A DNA stretch of 64,000 bases from Acidimicrobiales bacterium (GTDB lineage: Bacteria; Actinomycetota; Acidimicrobiia; Acidimicrobiales; JAJPHD01): contig JAVKSL010000005.1 of NCBI GenBank assembly GCA_039583695.1, positions 12,648-76,647 of the forward strand. The letters run 5' to 3'. This document shows positions 52,745 to 60,431 of this stretch, piece by piece. The notes beneath the pieces are model-generated. The model searched no databases. It saw only the letters and a program-made list of their open reading frames with translations, and was not told the DNA's origin. Both the position numbers and the translations under genes were made by a program. Position 1 is the first letter of the stretch, and each line of letters starts with the position of its first letter.

Positions 52745-52751
52745 GGCGCGT

Positions 52752-52769
52752 CCGTCTTCGGGGAGACGG
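52752..52769 (+). terminator. Short GC hairpin CCGTCT-TCGGGG-AGACGG, 8 nt after the NTase stop
   Basis: Read directly. No U-tract. Confidence 0.3.
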
Positions 52770-52836
52770 CTATCCCGCTGTTGGACTTTGCCAGGCGGGC
52801 CACCCTGCTGTTCTGATCGGGGCTGTTTTGATCAGG
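52770..52836 (+). repeat. Degenerate second copy of the nuoN 3' end and downstream sequence (copy B)
   Basis: Would read ...DFARRATLLF* after correcting a 5-nt deletion. Compare the nuoN end VDFAKQATLLF*. Confidence 0.8.
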
Positions 52837-53380
52837 TCTCGGCCAGGATGCGGTAGAGGCTCTGACGAGCTTGGCGGACCACCTCGGTCGCCTTGTCGAC
52901 CGCATCGGCGCCGCCAGCGTCGGCGACCTGGCGCGCGGCACGGTGGAGCTGGATCACGGCCTCTCGGAGGGCAAAGCGACCCGTGGCGGACGGGTCGGCA
53001 TCCCAGGGGGCGGCCTCTCCCGATGCCCGGTGCGCCTCGGCTTCGGCCCGCCCGTTGTCGGTCAGCGCGTAAGTGCGCTTTCCGCCGGCCTCCGTGCTGG
53101 TGACCAGCTCCTCGTCGGCGAGCATTTGGAGTGTGGGATAGACCGAGCCGGGGCTGGGCCTCCACACGCCGGAGCTGCGCTCCTCCAGCCGCCGGATCAC
53201 CTCGTAGCCGTGGGCGGGCCCGTCGAGCAGGGTCGTCAGCAGTAGCGGGCGGATGTCCCCCCTCCTCATTCGCCCGCCCCGGCCCGGGCCGCCTGGCCCC
53301 CGGCGCCCTCGGCTGAAGGGGTCATCGCCGGCATGCGCATGAAGGTCCGGGTCGAAATGATGATCGTGATGTGCTCTCAT
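52832..53380 (-). CDS. PadR-family transcriptional regulator with a His/Asp-rich N-terminal tail
   Basis: LLLTTLLDGPAHGYEVIRRLEERSSGVWRPSPGSVYPTLQMLADEELV. ATG at 53380 (MRAHHDHHFDPDLHAHAGDD) with GGGAG upstream. Confidence 0.8.
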   Translation of the reverse strand: MRAHHDHHFDPDLHAHAGDDPFSRGRRGPGGPGRGGRMRRGDIRPLLLTTLLDGPAHGYEVIRRLEERSSGVWRPSPGSVYPTLQMLADEELVTSTEAGGKRTYALTDNGRAEAEAHRASGEAAPWDADPSATGRFALREAVIQLHRAARQVADAGGADAVDKATEVVRQARQSLYRILAET

Positions 53381-53443
53381 GCTAGCCAACTCCCTGGAGT
53401 CCGAAGAATTGAGGATTGTTTCCGAAGGTTTGCAACTATAGCA

Positions 53444-53453
53444 CGATATATCG
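53444..53453. promoter_or_regulatory. Palindrome CGATATATCG within an AT-rich island upstream of padR
   Basis: Read directly. 53385-53470 is markedly AT-rich relative to its surroundings. Confidence 0.3.
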
Positions 53454-53779
53454 GTATGAGCCATGAGGGGTGCCGGCTAGTTGCTGGTTGGATTCCTTTG
53501 ACCGAACGGGGCCGTCACCGGAAGGACGACGGCGATGCGGGCTGTCTTCGGGTTTGTCGCCCTGGACGGCGGTGAGCTCCGGTGGCAACGGGCACCGGTC
53601 GGGCCTACCCAACGCCGCAGCTTTGGCTACATGGTGAGGAGCGAGGGTTCTACCCCGGCAGCCTTGGACGAGCCGGCCTGGTAGCCGGCAGCGCGCATGC
53701 GAGTGGGACGACCAGCAGCGCAGTCCGGTCGGTCGGCCTGGGAACCCAGGGATCGTGGCCGGGTCCCCGGTCAACCGGC

Positions 53780-54739
53780 TCAGACAATCGGCAGGCCGAG
53801 CGAGCGACGAAGATTGGCGCCGTGTGCAATCAGATCACTTGAGACACGGCGGAACGCCTCGTTCTCGGTCCGGAGGAAGGAGCCGTCGCCGGTGAGGCGC
53901 CCGATGGTGAGGCTCACGATATAGGCCAGGACATCCGGCGGGGCGAGGGCCTGCCACCCACCACCCGGCGTGAGGCGCCACAGCGCCCCTGAGTAGCAGT
54001 GGTGGATGACGCGGGGCGACCAAACGCCGACCCAAACAACGTCGATCTTGTCCGGCAAGGACACGGATCCTCGTGGAGGGCAGTTTCGTAACACGAAGCC
54101 CTGTAGGACCGGGTCGGACCCGTCGGCCCAGACGAACAGATGGCGCTGGTCTGCATCGGCTTTGGCCAGCTTGGCTGCGTTGGCCGTTGCCGCCAGGATT
54201 ACGGCATCGTTGAGGTCGCTGCCGTCCTGGGCTCCCGCAGGGCCGAGTGTGCCGAAATAGATCCGGGCGGGCCTTCCCTGTGGGGCTGGACCAAGGTGCT
54301 GTGGACTCGAGACACGGAGCTCCCGGAGGCGCCCCACCTCGGCAGGTTCTTGGACCGACTCCGACGGGCGTTGGTCGAAGCGCTCCACTTCCTGCGCTTC
54401 GAGTTGCGCTAGGAGACCATGTGCCACCTTGCGGATTCGCGCGATGCGAGGCCCAGGGCTCCGGGCCCGCGCGACCGGCAACGTCAGCCCCCAATCGGAG
54501 CGCAGCTCCGACACTTCCCCCGAGTACTGGTAGATGGCCGCCTGCTGGGCTCGAAGCTCGCGCGAGGTTGAGGTGGTGACCTCGAGGGCGATCCGACTCC
54601 CGTCAGCGAGGATGAGGTCGTAGTCGGGTGTCGCCGAGGCGCCAGGCAGGTCGCGGCGCTCCGGCCGGCCTCCGAGCACGGCGGCCACGATCCAGGCCGC
54701 CCAGCCCTCCAGCTCTTTGTTTTCCGCGCTATGTGGCAT
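53780..54739 (-). CDS. Orphan hypothetical protein (319 aa) with a possible N-terminal PD-(D/E)xK nuclease-like motif
   Basis: TPDYDLILADGSRIALEVTTSTS resembles a D...(D/E)xK core. TATGCT sits 8 nt before the ATG (leaderless-type). Confidence 0.5.
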   Translation of the reverse strand: MPHSAENKELEGWAAWIVAAVLGGRPERRDLPGASATPDYDLILADGSRIALEVTTSTSRELRAQQAAIYQYSGEVSELRSDWGLTLPVARARSPGPRIARIRKVAHGLLAQLEAQEVERFDQRPSESVQEPAEVGRLRELRVSSPQHLGPAPQGRPARIYFGTLGPAGAQDGSDLNDAVILAATANAAKLAKADADQRHLFVWADGSDPVLQGFVLRNCPPRGSVSLPDKIDVVWVGVWSPRVIHHCYSGALWRLTPGGGWQALAPPDVLAYIVSLTIGRLTGDGSFLRTENEAFRRVSSDLIAHGANLRRSLGLPIV

Positions 54740-55026
54740 ATTTTCAGAGCATACAAGCTACCCACGATGGTCGGCTGAGCGAAGCGCTGCTGGCGGCCCT
54801 GGGGCCTGCCAGTCGAACAGTTGCTCGGCGTGCGCCGGCAGATCTTGGATCAACTTCGCCGGCGCGCCATTCCCACCGGGTCTACGTCCCCCGCGATGCC
54901 GACTGGTTTCTCGAGCACGTGGCTGCGGGGTGGGCCGCCGAGGGTCCACAAGGCCCTTACTGAGCAGGGTCTGCGTAGCCCCCGGGCAATGGCAGCTAAC
55001 GAACCTGCGGCGGGACGCTAAGGAGC

Positions 55027-55534
55027 ATGCGACCGACAGGCCGACACGTCGCCGGAAGCGGATCGCTGTGCGGGCACCCGCCCGACGGGTCAGCAGCCGA
55101 TCGACACGATGGCCACCGGCCGGGACAGGTGCTCAGCGAGGTGTCCCAAGTCTCCGGTGTCTCCGGTGTAGAGGTCATCACCTCGACCGGCTGCGGATTC
55201 CATGACGATGGCGTCGACGACATCGGAGGTTGCGCTGCGTCCGCACAGCTCGCCGGCGCGCGACCCGCTCTCAACGGCTGTTGGCCCGGCTCAAAAGCGA
55301 CGCACGAGACGTGGGGGCGGTGGCCGAGCTCATGATCCGTGGTGGTGGCCGCCCGCCCGCAGTTCGTAGCGACGCTCTGGCCACTCAAGGCGCGTCGGTG
55401 GGTCATCGACGTCGCAAGGTTGCAGCCAGGGTGGCACTGGCCAACCAGGTGATCGCCAGTTGGACCTGGTCTTGCCAGGCCTGGACGGGTGGCTTGCCGA
55501 CGTATTGGGGGCGTCTGGGAGCCTTGACCCAACA
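55027..55534 (+). mobile_element. IS110-family transposase remnant (N-terminal DEDD-domain region, frameshifted and 3'-truncated)
   Basis: Fragments ...GVEVITSTGCGFH... and ...RLKSDARDVGAVAELMIRGGGRPPAVRSDALATQGASVGHRRRKVAARVALANQV... lie in different frames and resemble the IS110 KTD..DA..IA..LR block. Confidence 0.45.
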
Positions 55535-56539
55535 TCACAGGTCCAGTCCGTAGAAACGGGTCGCCTCGCCGTGGCGGTCGTGGTCGGTGAAGCCGACCTG
55601 CTCGTAGATGCGGCGGGCGGCCGAGTTGTGCTCGCCGGTCGCGACCTCGATGCGGTCAGCGCCGTGTGCGCGGGCTTGGCAGATGGCCTCGCCGACAAGC
55701 GCCCGCCCCATCCCGGCGCCGCGACGTTCGGGGGCCAGGTAGAGCTCGGCGAGCCAGCATTCCAGGCGGTCGCTCCACAGGTTTGGTCGGTAGTGCAGCA
55801 CCGCGATCGCGCTCGGCGGCTCCCCGGCCACGAGAACGGCGAAGTCGGACTGGCTCATGAGCTGTCGGACCCGCTCGGCGAGGCGGTCAGCCCCTGGGGT
55901 CGGCTCGTTGAACTCGCGGTTGAAAGCGTCGAGCAGGCCGCCGATCGCTTCGGCGTCATCGACGCCAGCTAGGCGGGCGCCGCTCGGCGGCCGGCCCAGG
56001 ACATAGACGTGGCTGATCCCCTCGTCGCTGGGATCCTCGGACGCCAGCTCGCCGGTCCACTCCCGGCGGAAACCGACCTTCTCCAGCACCCTCCACGAGG
56101 CCGGATTGGCTGCGGCGACGGCGACGGCGATCGAGTTGATCGCCGGGTAGCGCTCCCAGGTGCTCTCCACGAACCGGTCGATCATGGCCGTACCGACTCC
56201 CGCTCCGATCACGGACCGCTCGCCGATCAGGTAATCCATGCCCGCCGCGGCGGAAGCAACCCCCGTCACCGACAAGGTGGCCGCCCAGTCGGGGTTGTCC
56301 GCGGTCAGGTAACGCTGGATCAGCCCGAGCGGGGCGCCGCCACCCTCCACGATGAACACCTCCGTGGGGTCGGTGCCCTCCACGCAGGGACCGTAACGCT
56401 CGGACACGGCGCCGGGCGACCCGTCTTCGCGCCACCAAGCCTGCACGTGCGCTGAGCTCAGCCACTTCGACAACAGCCCGAAATCGGCGCGGGAAATGGG
56501 CCGGAAGGTGATGTCCATCCGTACCGGTTGGTCGCCCAT
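55535..56539 (-). CDS. Tandem GNAT N-acetyltransferase (two acetyltransferase domains fused)
   Basis: N-terminal domain FRPISRADFGLLSKWLSSAHVQAWW...ANPASWRVLEKVGFR. C-terminal domain ...YLAPERRGAGMGRALV...HNSAARRIYEQVGF. ATG at 56539 with GAGGAGG upstream. Confidence 0.8.
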   Translation of the reverse strand: MGDQPVRMDITFRPISRADFGLLSKWLSSAHVQAWWREDGSPGAVSERYGPCVEGTDPTEVFIVEGGGAPLGLIQRYLTADNPDWAATLSVTGVASAAAGMDYLIGERSVIGAGVGTAMIDRFVESTWERYPAINSIAVAVAAANPASWRVLEKVGFRREWTGELASEDPSDEGISHVYVLGRPPSGARLAGVDDAEAIGGLLDAFNREFNEPTPGADRLAERVRQLMSQSDFAVLVAGEPPSAIAVLHYRPNLWSDRLECWLAELYLAPERRGAGMGRALVGEAICQARAHGADRIEVATGEHNSAARRIYEQVGFTDHDRHGEATRFYGLDL

Positions 56540-56636
56540 GCCAGCCTCCTCTACCACCGCCGCCCGGCAGCGCCGTCGGTCACGCGACGACAACGTAGCA
56601 CGCCCGGTTCTCTGCGCCGCAGGCCATCTCGGTCGT

Positions 56637-57032
56637 CTACCTGAGCGATGCTTCGATGGCGGCCTCGACGTGCAGCCGGGTAGTGGGAAAGAGTGGCACG
56701 GGGCTGTCGGCGGCGGAGATCATCAGCTCGATCTCGGTGCATCCCAGCACGACGCCCTCCGCCCCGGCGTCTATGAGTCCCGGCGATCACATCGCGGTAG
56801 AGCCGGCGGGACTCTTCTCAAACGACGCCCCCGCACAGCTCGTCGTAGATGACCCGGTGCATCTGGGCTCGCTCGCCAGCCGGAGGGACCACCACCGTCG
56901 GCGGCCTTGTTCATGGTGTTGGTGCACAACAACATCAGCTCGGCACCGCCGGCTCCTAGGTGTTTGGCCGCCGCCGCCAGCAGGCTGCCCGCCCTGGGCC
57001 CGCCGATACGCTCCCAATGTGGCCACGCTCAT
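56637..57032 (-). pseudogene. Asp/Glu racemase-family pseudogene (N-terminally truncated, at least 2 frameshifts)
   Basis: My translations across frames: GAGGAELMLLCTNTMNKAAD / AQMHRVIYDELCGGVV / GAEGVVLGCTEIELMISAADSPVPLFPTTRLHVEAAIEASLR*. Confidence 0.55.
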
Positions 57033-57249
57033 GGGCCGCCCTGCAGCTCACTCATGCGGCGCGTCATCTCCTCCGGCGCCACATCCTCGACATGTGACGA
57101 TGCTCCCTTGTCGCGCTCTCGGTGGCCGGAACGATCCCGGACCCTGATACCAAGACGATCGGCGACTCCGCCGATACGACACTCGGGCAGGAGTTCTTCT
57201 GGCCACGATGGCTGGGCCGAAACGCCGATGAGCGCGCCAACTGGGGGCA

Positions 57250-57500
57250 CCACGCCCCAGAGCGAGCGGTGCTCCACTGGTTAGGTCGTCCCGAGGATCC
57301 CCTGCGTTGACCGTTGATCCCGGCTCGACGAGGGGCAATCCCCACCTCACCTTCGGCCATGGCATCCACCACTGCCTCGGCGCAGCCCTCCCCTGGGTAG
57401 AACTGCAGACCATCTTCGCCATCCTGGCCGCTCGACTGCCGGGCCTTTGCCCCGCGATCCCCCCAGAAATCTGCTATGGCCGCGCTCCCAGCTCTTCGGG
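57250..57500 (+). pseudogene. Cytochrome P450 C-terminal remnant
   Basis: [18 protein letters not shown] (FxxGxxxCxG heme loop; Cys codon at 57373-57375). The upstream PEDPLR is in another frame, and there is no N-terminal 300 aa. Confidence 0.65.
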
Positions 57501-57594
57501 CAGCTCTTCGGCGCCGAGTGGCCAGAGACGGTCTCGGTTTCCTGGTCTTCAGCCCCGGCCATCCGTCGTCTTTCGCCGGTGGGATCATGGCGGT

Positions 57595-57810
57595 ATGGAC
57601 CCCCTTCCGCTGCCCGCTCGGTGGAGCAGCGCCGTCGAGGAGGCGAGCTGGATCGGCGAGCGCCTCAGCGCGTTCGACTCCCACGTCGCCACCTCGGTGG
57701 TGTCAGCCGGCTTCGAGGCATACGCCCGGGTGCTGCACCCGGCCGAAGAGCCCGGTCGGGGTGGCCGCCTGGTGCGCTGGCGACAGGTCGCCGCGTGGAG
57801 CGGCGTGGCG
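57595..57810 (+). pseudogene. N-terminal fragment of a conserved actinobacterial hypothetical protein
   Basis: [53 protein letters not shown]..., then reads into unrelated sequence. Confidence 0.35.
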
Positions 57811-57814
57811 CTCG

Positions 57815-58035
57815 ACACGGCGCGGCGGTTGCCTTCTATGAAGCGCTCGGGCTCGCGGTCCGCTTCGATGGCGAGGGAGAGGCCTGCCGGCAGTGGCGCG
57901 CGCCAGGTCGCCTTGGACAACGGTGAGGGTCCGATCCTCAAGATCGACAACGTGGCGATGGCCCGCCTGTGGCATGGGACGTGGCGAGACGAGCATTCCG
58001 ACGAATGCGAAGGGCACGTGACCCTTGACCTCATA
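57815..58035 (+). pseudogene. Possible VOC/glyoxalase-family remnant split over two frames
   Basis: [20 protein letters not shown] in one frame and [17 protein letters not shown]...GHVTLDL in another. Weak. Confidence 0.25.
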
Positions 58036-58056
58036 CCTAGGTACAGGGTTTATCCT
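58025..58056 (+). promoter_or_regulatory. MerR-type promoter: TTGACC, a 20-nt spacer containing the palindrome TACCTAGGTA, then TATCCT, 6 nt before the ATG
   Basis: TTGACC 58025-58030, palindrome 58034-58043, TATCCT 58051-58056, ATG 58063. Confidence 0.45.
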
Positions 58057-58062
58057 CAAGGT

Positions 58063-58160
58063 ATGCGCAGCTCCGAGGTGGCGTCCCAGGCGGGGGTGAA
58101 CGTCCAGACGCTGCGCTACTACGAGCGGCGGGGGATCCTCCCCGAGCCGAAACGGAGCGG
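58063..58160 (+). pseudogene. MerR-family regulator, N-terminal HTH fragment only
   Basis: [33 protein letters not shown], then loss of the expected YR.Y/effector domain. Confidence 0.55.
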
Positions 58161-58291
58161 CCGCGCCTCGATTCCACCAGCCGAACCGGGTGCTGAGCCG
58201 CTCGCCTCCGAGGTCACCACGCTGATCGCTCGACGCCACCCAAGCGGCGAAGCGTGCCCCGCCATCGGGGTGCCTGCCGCCCGCAGCGAGC

Positions 58292-58909
58292 TCAGGCTTT
58301 GGCCGCGATCCCCTCGTACATGTAGCCCATGGGTCGTGGTCCTCCGATGTAGAAGGTGTCCAAGTTGGTCATCTCAAAGCCCGCGGCCTCGACCAGCCGG
58401 TCGATCGGCCGGTTCAGGTTGCACCCGCCGGCCCACCAACGCTGGAGCGGGTTGAGCCGGTCCTGCCAGCGCGCGACGCTCGGATCAGGAGAGCGGCCGT
58501 GCTCGACGAAGTGCAGCTGACCGCCGGGACTTAAGGCCCGGCGCATCTCGACGAGCGCGCCGGCGACGTCGGGGATGGTGCACAGCGTCCAGGTGACAAG
58601 GACATGGCCCACGCAACCTTCGTCGAGGTCGAGCCTCTCGCCGTCGAGGTCGAGGTACTCGACGGATACGGGGCTTGCGGCCACGCGCTTTCGCGCCAGC
58701 TTCCGCCCGACCGTGGCCGGGTCCACGGCCAGCACCCGCCGGACCCCCGGGGGATAGTACGGGACGTTCAGGCCGGAGCCGAAGCCGACCTCGAGGACCT
58801 CGCCCGACAGGGTCGACACGACACGCTCGCGGATCTTCGCGAACTCGCGGTTGGCAAGAAGGACATTCGTGACCCGAGGCAAGACCTGCTCGCCGTAGAA
58901 ACCCACCAC
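58292..58909 (-). CDS. Class I SAM-dependent methyltransferase
   Basis: [13 protein letters not shown]...[15 protein letters not shown]...[16 protein letters not shown] at 58909; the upstream 125 codons of the track ORF look non-coding. Confidence 0.75.
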   Translation of the reverse strand: MVGFYGEQVLPRVTNVLLANREFAKIRERVVSTLSGEVLEVGFGSGLNVPYYPPGVRRVLAVDPATVGRKLARKRVAASPVSVEYLDLDGERLDLDEGCVGHVLVTWTLCTIPDVAGALVEMRRALSPGGQLHFVEHGRSPDPSVARWQDRLNPLQRWWAGGCNLNRPIDRLVEAAGFEMTNLDTFYIGGPRPMGYMYEGIAAKA

Positions 58910-59134
58910 AGCATCGTTCCAGAGGCGGCACTTGGTCGCAAAGGACCCGCACGGCACCGGCCAGGCCGCTCTGTTGTCATGTCCTGTAGCGGTTCTCGCC
59001 GAGGCCCCAGCAGGTCCTCTCGGCGTCCTTGGCGATGTCGTCCCCTCGCAGAGAGGCCGGCGCCTTCGAAGGCGTGAGCAGGCCGGCGACACAAGAAGTC
59101 GAGCGCAACGTCCGGGCAGGCCTGCACGCCCGGG

Positions 59135-59881
59135 TTGGCGCCCGTATCCTTGGACATGGCCTCCGACCAACCGACGGTGCACGACCAGATCGCTGAGGCG
59201 CTCAGGGAGCATCGGGCCAAGAGCGGAATGTGGTTCAACGTCGTCGTCACTGTGGTCGAGATCGGGGGTGCCATCGCGCTGTTCCACATCGCTCGGCTGA
59301 TGGGCGCCAGCGACGTGGTCAGCTACCTGGCGGGCAGCATCGGCCCGGTCCTGGGCGGGATCGCCGTGTGGGCCAAGGCCCGCAAGTTCAGCGGAGCATC
59401 GGCCGCGATCTTCGCGTTCACCGCCGTGTCCGCGATCGTCGCCATCGCTGGAAGCACCACGCCGAAGGTGTTGCTCTACAAGGACTGCGCGACGACGGCG
59501 CTTGTCGGTCTCATCTTCCTCGGATCATGCGTCGTGGCCCGCAAGCCGGTCGTGTTCTACTTCGCTCAGCGCTACGGCACGGACGGCACGCATGCCGGGA
59601 TGGCGAACTTCGACCTGATGTGGGACGCCTACCGTGACTTCCGGGCGGGCATGTACGTGACCAGCTACCTGTGGGCCGCGTTGTTCCTCGTCCAGGCTGC
59701 CGGAACCGCGCTGATCGTCCGTTGGGCCAGCTACCCCACCGCCTACAACTACGACCAGATCCTGCCGCTGGTCGCGGTCGTGGTCGGCGTCGTCGGCTCG
59801 ATCGCCATCGGCCGCTACTACACCAAGAGAGGCAGGTCCCGCGGCGCTGCGGCCAACGCCGCGCCCCCCGGCCCTCTCTGA
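59135..59881 (+). CDS. Integral membrane protein of unknown function (start uncertain; alternative ATG at 59156)
   Basis: Five to six hydrophobic segments (VVVTVVEIGGAIALF, IGPVLGGIAVWA, AIFAFTAVSAIVAIAG, ...). Coding-like composition. Confidence 0.6.
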   Translation: MAPVSLDMASDQPTVHDQIAEALREHRAKSGMWFNVVVTVVEIGGAIALFHIARLMGASDVVSYLAGSIGPVLGGIAVWAKARKFSGASAAIFAFTAVSAIVAIAGSTTPKVLLYKDCATTALVGLIFLGSCVVARKPVVFYFAQRYGTDGTHAGMANFDLMWDAYRDFRAGMYVTSYLWAALFLVQAAGTALIVRWASYPTAYNYDQILPLVAVVVGVVGSIAIGRYYTKRGRSRGAAANAAPPGPL

Positions 59882-60008
59882 TCATCCCGTCGTCAACGGG
59901 CCTCCATCCACCGATCGACGGCCCTACGCCGAGGGCGTCGTCTCGGCGGCGCAGGGCGCCAGCACGAGCGCGCCGGGCGGGCGCTGCGGCTGTGGCCTTG
60001 GCTACCTG

Positions 60009-60266
60009 TCAGCCGGAAGGTCGAGGTCGAAACGGTAGCTGCCGGTGCTGCCGTGACGGCCATTGACCGCCACCACCGCTCCGGCCAGACCGTCGACCAG
60101 GGTCAGCCTGGGTCCTTGCGTCGGTGCGCTGGTCGGCGTGGGTCACGTCTTCCCCATCACGCCAGACGAAGTCGGCCACCCGCGCCACCAGGCCGCGCTG
60201 GTCGGGACACGACAGCAACAGCGCCGCAGTCGGACCGCCCGCAACGCCGTTGGTCACCGACACCAA
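60009..60266 (-). pseudogene. ACT-domain fragment resembling the N-terminus of formyltetrahydrofolate deformylase (PurU)
   Basis: TAALLLSCPDQRGLVARVADFVWRDGEDVTHADQRTD, then junk. No catalytic domain follows. Confidence 0.4.
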
Positions 60267-60431
60267 GCTGGCGGAGCCGTGTTCGGTGGCGGGACCTCAG
60301 CTCTCGTTCCCAGCCGTCGTGGAGCTGAGAATGACCCCGGCAGGGTGCCGGGCCTGGTCAAATATGCCCACGGGTAGAGAGCAAGATCTTCCCCTGGGCT
60401 GACGCAATTTGCCCGGCGATGCCTCAAGCTG

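Noticed and set aside
54996-55538. 180-aa minus-strand ORF between the orphan gene and the GNAT gene
   Set aside because: It has no motifs, and it is antisense to the IS110-like fragments, which explain the region better.
57307-58455. 382-aa ORF as a real gene
   Set aside because: It concatenates a P450 heme-loop fragment, an unrelated N-terminal fragment and a MerR HTH, then runs antisense into the methyltransferase gene. I interpret it as read-through of pseudogene debris.
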